A stretch of 60,136 nt of DNA, the filler included, from Sphacelaria rigidula (taxonomy: Eukaryota), in assembly GCA_964200075.2 (NCBI GenBank). It is 6 parts of 6 records of this genome, joined end to end, with 100 filler letters (N's around TTAATTAATTAA, not from the genome) between each part and the next. Parts side by side here need not be neighbours in the genome. Positions count along the whole stretch, not along the records: positions 1 to 9,940 come from CAXNAA020007445.1; positions 10,041 to 19,980 come from CAXNAA020007446.1; 4 more parts are not named here. One strand, given 5' to 3'. Positions 1-10,399 of this stretch are shown here, in pieces; positions within the stretch are counted from its first letter, which is position 1, and each line of letters begins with the position of its first letter. The position numbers and the translations under genes were made by a program. The notes beneath the pieces are model-generated. The model did no database searches. It was not told where the DNA came from and saw only the letters and a program-made list of their open reading frames with translations.

Positions 1-152
1 GTGCTCCGTCCCGGCTTTGTAGGGATGCGAGGTCAATGGTCTGATGACTATGGCAGGCATGATCATGAGTACACCCCCCCCCGGCCGCTCCGTGTCGAAA
101 GGGATGCGTGGTGAATGGTCAAACGACTAAGGCAAGCAATGAATCAGTATAC
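1..152 (+). mobile_element. SINE-type 3' module (1-73) followed by LINE-type 3' module (87-152)
   Basis: Both carry the GGGATGCG..GGT.AATGGTC...AGTA core and end in C-runs. Confidence 0.7.
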
Positions 153-1790
153 CCCCTCCCTACCCCCCTCCTCCCCGGCCTTCCGCCCCTTTTCAAGAAC
201 ATGAATATAGTTGTTGGTAAAAGTCCAGCGCCAACGGTTGAGTTATGGAGATCAAGCGTCACAGTCGTAGGTTGTTGGTGAGGTCGCACGATAATCTAGG
301 AAACAGTCTATTTTACTGTACTGTGCTGTGTGCTGTGTGCTGTGTGGTCAAACTATACTGTGAAATCACGTCTGTCTATTGCTATGTTGTAGGTAACTGT
401 GCTGGAGTTTGCACAGAAAGTTCGTAGACTTCGATTTACATGATACAGTCCAGTTCGGCAGTGTATGACCTCCATGTGGCAGCTGTTAGCATTCCTATAG
501 GGGGATAAGCCGGTAGGCTATGTTGCCCCCTCCCGAGAGGGCCCTAAGAAAGTTCACAAACTATTGTCGGCCAACGCTTTGTTTACATACACAAAAGCAG
601 ATTCAGGCAAGCATGTAAATGCTCCGTAGGATTTAGGGAACAAAGCGTCATAGCTTGTGTCTCACAGTCAGGCCGTGATGAGGCGCTACCCGCAGGGGTT
701 GTGCGAAACAGAGGTTCTCGAAGTGTCTGCTGTAGGATTTTAGTGTGCATGGAATCTCCAAAAAATCAATGGCGCCGCAAGGTTTTGGGCCGTGCTCTCG
801 TAGATGCACCGCATGTTTGTGTACTTGATGTGCACCGCAAACGGTCGGGTGCATTCACCACATAGTCGCCGTAAGGGCGGAGCGCACTTCGTAGCCCACA
901 ACAGAGTTGAGGACGCGTCATGAGACGACATAAGAGGAGTTGAGTCATACCTGGCACGTGTAGCCGAAGGATTGCCGCTATTTCGCCCCAACCCCAACAA
1001 GCGTCCGAGTCGCTGGTAGGAGTCAGAGATCATTTTTTCGCACTGATTTTACCGGCTAAAGGCCGATATCAACGGTGCTGGATATTTGCTCCTCCTCTCG
1101 GTTCCACCGGTTTGCTGGGGTTACCGACCGTTGTATACCCCACACTCTCGGAACAATTTCACGCCTGCTCAATGTTTTACCGCCGTTTTCGAGATTTTTC
1201 ACGCAACAAAAATTCATTGAGCTGGATTACCCGATTTTCCTGGGTCATAAGTCGCCGGGACTGCACGGGGACACCGCATTCTCGGAATAATTTCACGTTT
1301 GCGCTTTTTCTCACGCCTTTGTCGAGGATTGGAACAACAATTTTTCCATGCATGTTCGAGGTTGACAATGTTTTTGGCTCCTATTGATTTTCCCTCGGTT
1401 GCGCCAGTGTTTTTGGGTCCCTATCCGTGACTTATGACCGGGGACCCCAAGAAACCGGTGAAATCGACTTCAATTGAATAGGCACCGACACTGGCGACCT
1501 CGAGCTTTCCTTCAGAAACGCGCGTGTGGAATTGGGTATCCCGACTTTTAAAAATGACGTGAGAAATCGTTGCCCGAAGAATTTCCGGGATCTCCCTCGA
1601 ACCTCCTGTACGGGATAAGGTTACGGGATAAGATTACGGGATTAGGTTCAAGAACGAGAGTAGTGGAGCGAACCAGGGTCATGATCCAAACCACAGTCTC
1701 GTGAGGGAAGAGTACGTGAAGTCACGATTAGTGTTTGTGCGGGAAAATGTTGTACCCTCTTCCGTCACCTTCTCTCCCCCCTTCCGTCCC

Positions 1791-1860
1791 ACGGTGGCCC
1801 GTCTCGAGAGGGATGCGTGATCAATGGTCAAACGACTAAGGCAAGCAACAAATGAGTACG
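1791..1860 (+). mobile_element. LINE 3'-end fragment with ~15-bp C-rich TSD
   Basis: Flanks CCCCCCTTCCGTCCC (1776-1790) and CCCCCCTTCCGCCCC (1862-1876). Confidence 0.7.
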
Positions 1861-2996
1861 CCCCCCCTTCCGCCCCCTTCAAGTACATTATGTCTCAAGC
1901 CATTATCCAGACTTGAAGCATTATTTCCCCTGGGTATGAGCATAGGAATTCACTAGGAGTGTTGTAGTTCACTACGAGTATACCGCTTAATGCGTGGAAC
2001 GTGTTTGAAAATTTATGTTTGGGCTCGCGACTCTGCATTAGCGAAACGTACGTCATGTGCTTTGTCAAGCACATGAAGGGTATCCTATCTGTACGCCGTT
2101 TTTTTTAATAATCCTCCGTTCCCAGGGTTAAGTTTTCACGGCGTCATGAAGTTCCTTCCCCCAATCTTAAAAATGCATACATACATCAACCTATTTGTAA
2201 CAATTGTGGCCCTCGATATGGAGTTCCGTGTTTCCCGCCGAGCCCCGAGCGTCCGTCGATCTGAACATTATGAGGGAAACAAGCCTTGCAAGCTTGAGCG
2301 GTGAGGAAAGTTGCTGCTCTCATATCCCGTCCGAATGCATTGTGTTGAAAATCGCTCATCGCGGCCTCGTCCTCAACCCCAGCATCCGACATCACTCGTC
2401 GATCATAGCTCTTTACTCGGTAGGCTCTTTGAAAACCGTACCATATGAAACGCTTTTGTTTAAGGCGATGTTCTGTGGGGGTATACCCGAAAGTGTGAGA
2501 TTTTCGGTTGGCGTACTAAACCATATCGTAATGTGTATTGAAGAGTGCAGGCTGGTTTGGCAGGGTGTCGAGCCCAGCTCCGAACACCCCGGTTTGGTTC
2601 GGAAAGGCACTCTCCCGTAAAACACCTCTTTTAGGTTCCTGTAGATGCCCTAACTTCAGCCGTTGTACCCTACAGAACACAGCCCTCTCATTTCGTGTTG
2701 GCTTTGTAGCGGGGTCGGGGTCTGTGGTGGGGAAATGTTCCACGTACGGCTCTGCGAAGCTCTCCATGAGAGAACGCACTTGACATATTGTTTCATTATA
2801 TATAGCACTTCGATCTCCAGGCTGGGTCATTCCCTGGATCTCCATCATCTACCCACTTGAGAAAAAGATATTCCCGGGACACAGACGACCCACCGTGGCG
2901 GTCAATGGGTCTCAAGCGAACTTTTGATCAAGCGAGAAAAAGGTTGACCTAATTTTTTCTTGTTAAAATATGTACACACACACACATATATATATA

Positions 2997-3195
2997 CAAG
3001 AGTTTCGGAAAACGCGTTTTTGTCATTTTAGAGTGCAGATATCTCAGGATCATAGTGCAGAATAAAAAAAATCACCGCATCGGAAAAAGTCAACGGGATA
3101 CCACATTGGACGGAGGGGAATACAATTTTTCGTTACCCTCTATTCCTGAGATATTCGTACTTTGAAAGGACAAAAAAGCGTTTTCCGAAACTCTC
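2997..3195. mobile_element. Tc1/mariner-like MITE
   Basis: Long TIRs AGAGTTTCGGAAAACGC / GCGTTTTCCGAAACTCT with TA on both flanks. Confidence 0.65.
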
Positions 3196-3340
3196 TATAT
3201 TTTCGTACCGAGCAAGTCTACTCGACTACCTCGCCTACCGCGCGTGAGTTGGATGGGGTGTAACCAAAATCCCCGCCGGTCCAACCAAATTCTTCGCGTT
3301 TGTAAACTGCGTGATTTCGCGCCCTTTTTTACGCATACAG

Positions 3341-3503
3341 CGGAAAGCCAAGAGCGGTTGTCGTTGCCGGGCTCTGAGCTGCCGCGAGTTCTCGGAGGTG
3401 GGTTGGTTCCTGGCAGCATGGTGATGCTAGGCGGAGATCCAGGCGTGGGGAAGTCGACGCTACTGCTGCAGCTCGCGGGGCAACTTGCTTCCAAACTTTC
3501 GGG
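3341..3503 (+). CDS. radA: RadA/Sms DNA repair ATPase, single internal exon with Walker A (rest of gene not found in this contig)
   Basis: cag|...|gtaatt boundaries. Translation [51 protein letters not shown] matches the RadA/Sms signature ELxRVLGGG(L/I)VPGS...[14 protein letters not shown]. Confidence 0.9.
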
Positions 3504-5159
3504 GTAATTTGATTCTCCCTGTTTTTTCCCTTTCAGTGTACTGTTTTGGCTGCAGCTTGCTTGCGGGGTGACTTGGTTCCGAGAGATCGGGGTGTGCGTG
3601 TGTGTTTTCACCGTACATGTTTTTTACTTCGGCTTGCTCGCAGGGTATATTCCTCGTCCCCACACGAAGGTGGGGGTGTTATGATCGTTTCTTGCCTTTT
3701 TTGTACACTATTGTTTTGGCTGCAGCTTGCTTGCTGGGCACGTTTCAGTAGTGTTTGTCTCAGTTCAGCGCCAAAATATCCGTTTTTGATATCACTTGAT
3801 TTGAGTGTAAACACCGAGATTTAGATCTTGAGTGGGGCTGACAGTCCCTAGTGCTCGTGATCCTAGCGTGCGCTAAAAATATACTTTTGTCCAAGTCGTC
3901 GCCGCTGTACGCCGATTTGAGGTCTTTCAACGTACGCGTTTGTCTGGGGAACCCATCACACATACACACCCCCCCTTGCCTGAGGGACATCGGTATGCCT
4001 CGGATCGGGGTTAGGCTTAGGCTTGGCGTTTTTTCAAATATGTGTCAACCGTAGATGTTTTGGCGGCGAACTGGGACGAACCAACCTCAGCACCTCGGTC
4101 GATCTCATACTACCGAGTTCATTTTGTAACGCAGTGCTGCTATCGTATAGCTTCCGAAGCAAAGCGATCACAAACAGACTTCATTTTGTTCACGGTACTA
4201 TTCGGCCGTGGCTTGCCGGGCAACTTGCTTCTAACAAAATCGGTGTAATATATGTTTTTGTTCTTGAATTTATTGTTCTCAATGTCATTTTATTTTTCCA
4301 TTTTTGAAGGTTCTTGCTGGGCACTGCGGTTTCAACAAGCTCCGGATTTTCTTTTCATGCTATAGGTATCTCAAACTCGAGGTTCCCGGTATGTTCAACA
4401 GTGAACTACTTTTAACCTTTTGAACGCCGGAGCTGGTCCATTCGTGAATCAGCATCATTTTCATGTATTGCTCTATCGGCCTCACTCCATGTACTGCCTC
4501 GTCCTGTTAGGCTTCCCGGCTTCCTTGATAACCTCGGATAATCAATCGAGTGTTTGTTTGGGTGTCTCTGTTGCCCTTTTCATTATTTTTATTTTATTTT
4601 TCCCTTGACGGTGACTTTTGAATCATTTGTCGTTTGTGTTTTCCTGTTCCTTTTTTCTGTATTCGATGGTTTGTGTTCTTCTTTCCCCCGGGTCGTGTTT
4701 TCTATCTGGTTCGTCACGGGCGTCTTGTGATCAGATGACTGGGTTCGTAACGGATTGGTTGATGTGTGGTGAATTAATCTAATCAATACATTCAAGGAAG
4801 ACACTTCATGAACTTCAGGCCGGTACCCAGCCCATCCCCGCCTGTCGATAATGGGAACGTACCCTGTTGAGGAAATGTTATTTTTCCTTTTTCTTCGACA
4901 GTATGCCGAATTAAGCAATGCCTTCGCCGCCCGCGATCCGCCTGTACGCGGGCAGGTCAAAATAGACGAGTTTTTCGCTGTCTTCGCAGCCCGAAACCGA
5001 CGACATTTCGCTACCTTCGGACTTACCGTTCGGCCGCGGGTCTGAACAGAGCGGCTCATTGAAATAAAATACCACACCCTGGATAATATATTACATTGGC
5101 GAAAAATGTAATCTATGGTCACCGTCCAGAGTGTGGAAAATACGTGCTCGTGTACTCAC

Positions 5160-5272
5160 GACTGACTGACTGATTTTACTGTACTGTACTGTACTGTACT
5201 GTAATGTAATGTAATGTACTGAAGTGAATTGAAGTGAACTGTACCGCACTGTACTGTACTGTACTGTACTGT
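5160..5272. repeat. (ACTGT)n-type microsatellite
   Basis: Read directly from the sequence. Confidence 0.8.
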
Positions 5273-5624
5273 ACAAATCGGCCACGACTTTGACCGTGCG
5301 GGTAAGTTCGCCCTGGTTCTGTAACCGTCAAATTCCAACAAAAATTCTGCTGACTGTACGTACTGTACTGTTGTGTTGCATAATAGGGTACTGAGTTATA
5401 CCGGGATATTCCTTTCTATCGGTAGTGAGGAAAGTACGTTGAGGAAGCCTTTTTCTTCCCGTTCCTCTGCCAGTACGCGCAACTGGGCAGCAGCTTTACC
5501 ATCCACGGCCCGCCTGTGCGTCAGCACCACAAAAGTGAGGCGACGTCGAAGTTGACGTTCGGCCATGGGCCTGAACAACAGGACTGATGTGAAGGCGGGA
5601 CGTGCTTGTGTACTTACGTACTTA

Positions 5625-6039
5625 AACCGTCTTGTATGGCAACCAATCCGTATTTTTACAAATACAAGGATTTCAGCCCGTGCACATCCGATTTTCTCCC
5701 GTGAATTGATTTTCGGGGACCCCAGTCCGGTGGGCAATGTTTTCCGCCTAGCTCTGAAGAAACCAGATCAATTCTCCGATTCTCTGGAGGCTGACTTTTG
5801 GTTTATCACTTTTCTGCTCAGATCGGGAGTGATCGGGTCCCGATCTGCGCAGAGGAGTGATAAACCAAAAGTCAGCGTCCAGAGAATCGGAGAATTGATC
5901 TGGTTTCTTCAGAGCTAGGCGGACATTATTGCCCACCGGACTGGGGTCCCAAAAATCAATCCACGGGAGAAAATCGGATGTACACGGGCTGAAATCCTTA
6001 TATTTGTACAAATATGGATTGGTTGCCATACAAGACGGT
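5625..6039. mobile_element. Near-perfect foldback (MITE-like), ~204-bp arms and 9-nt loop
   Basis: Arms are reverse complements with ~14 differences counted by eye; CTTA on both flanks. Confidence 0.85.
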
Positions 6040-6564
6040 CTTACTACCGACCGTCTTCGCGAGTGTATGCTAGAAAGGAAGATGCGCATCCGTTGTGAAC
6101 TACGAATATTTGTTCCCCATCAGCAATGCTCCGATCATGCGGCGCAGCCAGGTACCTGACGCTTGACAGTGTATCTCTTATCGCATGGGCGGAGCCGCAC
6201 TAGCGAATGCAGGGGCGCTGCGGCGGTGCGGGGTACTGTATCATCAAAATAGCCGTTCGACTGTGACTTAGTTTTGGCTCGGAGCCAACTGAGTGAACTC
6301 CGGATAGTGGTACCATCGTACCTGCATAATAATCAATGATTGGCCTGTTGCGAACAGCAATCGATTACAGAAACCGAAAATCAGGCCAACCATTAGTTTC
6401 ATAGTCACATGGTTGAAAATTATGCCGGGATCTGCCGGCGGCACCTGATTTTTCGTGTCAACCATTTTTTCCAACCATTTAACCATATGATAAACGGCCC
6501 TTCTCATATCTCGGGGCGTGCAGCTACCCAAAGTTTATTCATGTTTTTTTTTTTTATGTTGAAT

Positions 6565-7610
6565 CGCCGAAGACTCAATCGTCGGTTGATATCTGCGGAC
6601 TAATCGACCATTGTCTACTACTACATCTTCCCGCTTTGTAAATCAATTTCCATTTCATCCTTTGATCGCGATGCGGGCAGTCCATCTGGACCACACGTAT
6701 ATTTTCAAGTTAAATCGATGCCGATTCGGCAGGTGACCTAACCTTGCGGCCAAGGGGTTTATTTTGATTCTCCGAAGACTTCATCGTCGGTCGGAGCAAT
6801 GCTACGGTGGGGGTTGCACTTTGTGTTTCTGGGTCTCTTTTTTGTAGCAGCCCAAATATTTGGGGCTTACCGTGCAACCCAAACCTCCGGGGATCGGACT
6901 CCCAGAAACATGGTATTTGCACGCAAGGGCCTTTTCGTGAATCGACATCATTCTAGTCTTTTTCCAGTAAAAGTGATGCCGATTCTCAAAATGACTCGTC
7001 CAACACCCTGAGCAATCGCGAGAAACGTTTTCGCTAAAAAAAGTGCAACCCCTTCCCTAGCATTGCTCGTCGGTTGATATCTACTGACGAATTGACAACT
7101 ACAGTATATAATGTTCCCGCTATATGAATTCTCTCCCGTTCATCTTTAATTCCCCGAAGATTTGATCGTCGGTTGGTTGATATCTGCTGACTAATTGACC
7201 ACTACAGTATATCATACATCTTCCCGCTTTATAAATTTACTTCCGTTCATACTTGATTTCCCGAAGACTTGGTCGCCGGTTTATATCTACTGACGAATCC
7301 ACCATAAATTTATCCCGTTTTTGTATTCTTATTCCCCGAAGACTTCATCGTCGGTCGGTTGATATCTACTGACTAATTGACCACTACAGTATATAATATA
7401 TATATTCCCGCTTCATATATTCTTTCCCGTTCACTCTTAATTTCCCGAAGACTTGATAGTCGGTTGACATCTACTGACGAAGTGACCATTATCTATTACA
7501 TCTCCCCTTTCAAAAATCACTCTTTTTTTTTCTTCTTTTTTGCCGAAGACTTAATCATCGGTTGAAGTCTACTGGCGTATTGACTATTAGAGAATACATT
7601 TCCCCGCTGA
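6565..7610. repeat. Degenerate tandem array, 7 units of mostly ~76-110 bp
   Basis: Recurring CCGAAGACTT.ATCGTCGGTTGATATCTACTGAC at ~6567, 6772, 7154, 7260, 7336, 7445 and 7543. Confidence 0.85.
6794..7068. mobile_element. Sola-like MITE (GAG...CTC ends, 4-bp TSD GTCG) inside the tandem array
   Basis: TIR GAGCAATGCTACGGTGGGGGTTGCACTT / AAGTGCAACCCCTTCCCTAGCATTGCTC; TSD at 6790-6793 and 7069-7072. Confidence 0.75.
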
Positions 7611-8239
7611 ATATTTTGCAGTGCTCGTTTATTTTCAAGTTGATTCCCATACGACTGCCATGCGCAACCTGAGTGCTTCACTGAAATCCAAAAAAATCAA
7701 TACGTCTATCTGGTGTGACCGCGGTTGCATTTGTTTGTAATGTATCATTTCGCGTGCAACACTTGATCAGACAATGAGCGATTCAAACAACCAACCAAGC
7801 AATCAACCATCGCACAAGGTTTGTCTGATATCGTCATGGGGCAAGCCGCATCTCCATCACTCAAGGCAACACACAATGATACCACGCCCCTTTGTTTTAA
7901 AAAAAGGCGCATGTGCACAAACACACACACATATATATGTGTGCATACTCCCTCCGTCCCGTACGTCTGCTTGATTATGCTTAAACGGGCCCTTAACCGT
8001 GTCCGATGGAAACTTGTTTTATTTATTTATTTATCACACTTTGAAGCCATCCCCCTCCTCGGGTTAGAGCCCATGGTCTGAAGATATTGACTCATTTCTC
8101 CCCCGGTACACGCCTCCTCACATTTTAATCTTGCAGATTGGATCATGGCCATCAGCACTCTCGAACCGCGTCAGCTTTCGTCCTACTTCTTGTTTACTCA
8201 CGTACTCACGCTTTCGGCGTTGAAAGTCAGATATCTCGA

Positions 8240-8320
8240 AAAAAAAAGACCCGGCGCATCGGGAATCGAACCGACTTTCTCTCCAGCCTAATGGTGACAG
8301 CCGGACCATGATATACCTTT
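8240..8320 (-). mobile_element. tRNA-like SINE head; a related copy lies at 29920-30010 (+)
   Basis: Shared CTGTCACC...GGTTC(G/A)ATTCC followed by a T-run. Confidence 0.5.
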
Positions 8321-8806
8321 TAATCTTCTGTGTCTTTCGAGTCGAAAGTCTTTTCCGTTTGTTTGTGTTCGTGCGCTACCTACGTGAGCGAAGGCCCGGG
8401 AAAAAAAACATGGGCCCAAAAATGGCTGTAATTCGATATTTTCGCTCACTCCCCCCTCCCCCCGGCGCGCAAAACTGGAAAGATTTCCATTTTCTGGAGA
8501 TCACCCTTTGAATCGAAGAAAAATACGCCTTCTCAGACACTGCGGAGTTGTACGAAAACCTATATCCCACGTTTCACGATCGAAAATCGGCCAAAATCGT
8601 CAAAACTGCCGGCCAAAAAACGGTGAAAATGGCTGCTCACTGGACAACTTCGACCCAACAATTTCTCATCGAATTTGACTCGGACTTACTACATTTCCAC
8701 GGGGCATCTCCATAATGTATCTTTTCGATGGACGCATCCGTGATATTATAGGCATCTCCTTCTCCATTTGGAGATATGACGTATACCCCATAACCATGCT
8801 GCAGTA

Positions 8807-9102
8807 AACAACGTTTTCGTGAGATTGAGAATAGCGCGCTGATTGAGAACAGTGGCTGTGACCATTCGCTTTAACTTCGCCATTTTTTCATTTCGAGTGT
8901 GCTATTCTTTGCCTCCATCACTGGCGTGTACTTACAGCTACACGCCGATATCCTACTCAGGGATGTCAAGGGTCTCTGTGGCAAGCTACTACAGAAAGAA
9001 TATCGGGCCTCGTGGAGGGGATTTCGGAACTGAAACGATTCATTCACTCATTGACCGCTTTTCACTCTTAATCGCATCCTCTACTTTCGATCTCACGTTG
9101 TT
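8807..9102. mobile_element. MITE with AAC...GTT ends, 4-bp TSD AGTA
   Basis: Homologous (inverted) to 42102-42661; AGTA at 8803-8806 and 9103-9106. Confidence 0.7.
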
Positions 9103-9940
9103 AGTAGCTTGTGAGAGGGAGATGGTGTATGTGTGCTCGCTGAGTTGGCTGGTAGGTTACGAGGCGAACCAAATTGCCTCGTGAAGAGGTGATCGGGACT
9201 GTTACAACGTTTATGAAAAAAGCTAGTGCGAAATCACTAGTTTTGATGAAGAAAAAAAAAACGAGAATGCGAAAGTGAACGTAAAATGGTCGCCACACAT
9301 GAGCTTTTCATCATCATCATTATTTTCACAATCTCATTATCGTTTGTTTCTTTGGTACGATGGGGCCTAAGCCTTCAGTCGCCCGAGGCCAATTATTCCG
9401 AGAATCCCGCCTTGTATAGTCCCTCCACGTTTTGGAGAATGACTGTTGTGCTCGCGGAGATAGCCATCGACTGGGTGGGCGCTTACCCGAATATCTCGAG
9501 TTCTAATCGTTGCTCCGCAAGATTGCGGCAGTCCAGGGTCACCGTGGTTGGGCGTGTGAATTAGGGTATTCCTGCCCACGAGCACATGTTTGAAAACAAA
9601 CGCCGTTTGCGGAACGAAATCGTGTTCCTTTCTCACCTCCCAACATCACAAGCTTCTGCTTGGGCGGTAGGGGTTTGAGGAGGGGACAAGTTCGCCGGTG
9701 CGGTTACTCACGCGTTCCTTGTGTGTATACATGTGCGCGTATGTGTGTGCGTCAACTCGTCAGTGCTCGTCCTGCTTAGCCGGCTGTGTTGGGGAGCGTT
9801 TCCGCGAGTAAAGCCAAACCTCAGGCAAACGATTAAAATGCCACCAAAACACATACCTGCACGCTTTGCCTGCAAAACGCTACACCCCCCCCCCCCCCCC
9901 CCCCTCCGCCCCCCACCCACAGCACCCCCTCCCCCCTCCC

Positions 9941-10040
9941 NNNNNNNNNNNNNNNNNNNNNNNNNNNNNNNNNNNNNNNNNNNNTTAATTAATTAANNNN
10001 NNNNNNNNNNNNNNNNNNNNNNNNNNNNNNNNNNNNNNNN
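9941..10040. other. Artificial contig linker (also at 19981-20080, 30021-30120, 40060-40159, 50099-50198)
   Basis: Identical N44-TTAATTAATTAA-N44 spacer giving stops in all six frames; contig lengths descend from 9940 to 9938. Confidence 0.97.
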
Positions 10041-10399
10041 AACGGCCAAGACAAGCAAAAAAAGAATAAGCCCCCCCCCCCCCCCCCTCAAGTCCATAGC
10101 CAAATATCAACGTCGAAGACAACAAAAAGCGCACAGCTCTATCCTGATACTAGGCCGAGGTGTATAACCGGCCGGGTTTACCCCGGCCATGTCCTCTCCC
10201 CACACATATCTGTCCATATCCATGTCCTCGCGAAATTATGACAAAGATGTTATTCATGTCCTTCATTCTAAGACAAGAATGAGGTACCCCACATCCTCAC
10301 CATTCTCGAATACTCCTCATCTGTTTCTTATCAGTCAGGCACACCCCCGCCGTACGAAGACTCTTTAAGGACAGCCATATGCACGGATATACTAGGCAT

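Noticed and set aside
38-105. Hammerhead ribozyme core (CTGATGA ... GAAA)
   Set aside because: CTGATGA is present in only one copy of the module, and the GAAA belongs to a separate insertion. The required stems are not evident.
4005-4030. Telomere-like GGTTAGG/CTTAGG repeats (also ~1610-1645 and ~20315-20340)
   Set aside because: Only 2-4 degenerate units at internal positions; not telomeric arrays.
6565-7610. CRISPR-like repeat/spacer appearance
   Set aside because: The 'spacers' are homologous to each other, the repeats are degenerate, there are no cas genes, and the context is eukaryotic.
9120-9184. VYV...EANQIAS resembling RadA YVSGEES..QI
   Set aside because: It lacks SGEE, has the wrong spacing, ends in a stop codon and has no good splice sites.
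9941-10040. TTAATTAATTAA motif recurring every ~10 kb
   Set aside because: It is an artificial six-frame-stop linker between length-sorted contigs. No biological periodicity or cross-contig synteny can be inferred.
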